A stretch of DNA of 64,000 bases from Negaprion brevirostris (taxonomy: Eukaryota), in assembly GCA_030324005.1 (NCBI GenBank), contig JARDVH010000128.1:11375554-11439553 (forward strand). The letters are read 5' to 3'. A program made the translations under genes and the position numbers. Shown one piece after another: positions 63,725 to 64,000 of this stretch (its first letter is position 1; every line of letters begins with the position of its first letter). The notes beneath the pieces were generated by a model. That model searched no databases and was not told the origin of the DNA. It saw only the letters and a list, made by a program, of their open reading frames with translations.

Positions 63725-64000
63725 TAATGCTACCAAGCAGCACTTAGCAATAACCTACTCACTGATGCTCAGTTGGACACTTGACCGCATTATAGCCTTA
63801 GCCCAAATATGGACAGAACTAAATTCCAGAGGCAAGGCAAGAATAACTGCCTTTGATATCAAGGTAACATTTGGCTAAGTGTGGCATCAAGGAGTCTCAG
63901 CAAAATTGAAATCAAGGTGAATCAGGAGGAAAACTCTCCATTGACTAGAGTCATAACTAGTACAGAGAAGATGCCTTCAATTGGTATAGGTCAATCATGT
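63725..64000 (+). mobile_element. RT fragment of the ORF1-less CR1-type LINE
   Basis: TAFDIKVTFG*VWHQG (decayed LDIKAAFDRVWH RT motif); homologous to about 11620-11880 on the minus strand. Confidence 0.7.

Noticed and set aside
63220-63950. Long inverted repeat (63220-63340 versus about 63820-63950)
   Set aside because: It is explained by two diverged fragments of the same LINE RT region in opposite orientation.

Overview
This is vertebrate genomic DNA, most likely from a shark or other elasmobranch, judged by the V-SINE/HE1-type SINEs, DeuSINE-type SINEs and abundant CR1 LINEs. The window lies entirely inside a Sidekick cell-adhesion gene, best matching SDK1, on the minus strand. Ten coding exons join in frame to give about 423 codons covering four FN3 domains (approximately FN3 8-11 of 13); the gene start and end lie outside the window. 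One intron has a GC donor, one exon is split by a false 100-N assembly gap, and one 57-nt exon can be skipped in frame. The introns are packed with decayed transposons: CR1, an ORF1-less CR1-type LINE, Rex1/Babar, Vingi-like, Penelope-like elements, Gypsy, a Copia (GalEa-like) remnant, PIF/Harbinger elements and MITEs, and several SINE families. The most unusual observations are minimal hammerhead-ribozyme motifs carried by Penelope fragments and a LINE whose 5' end is a tRNA-derived Pol III head shared with a short head-plus-tail SINE. I found no prokaryotic-type system. Family names rest on recalled motifs, not database searches, and repeat boundaries are approximate.
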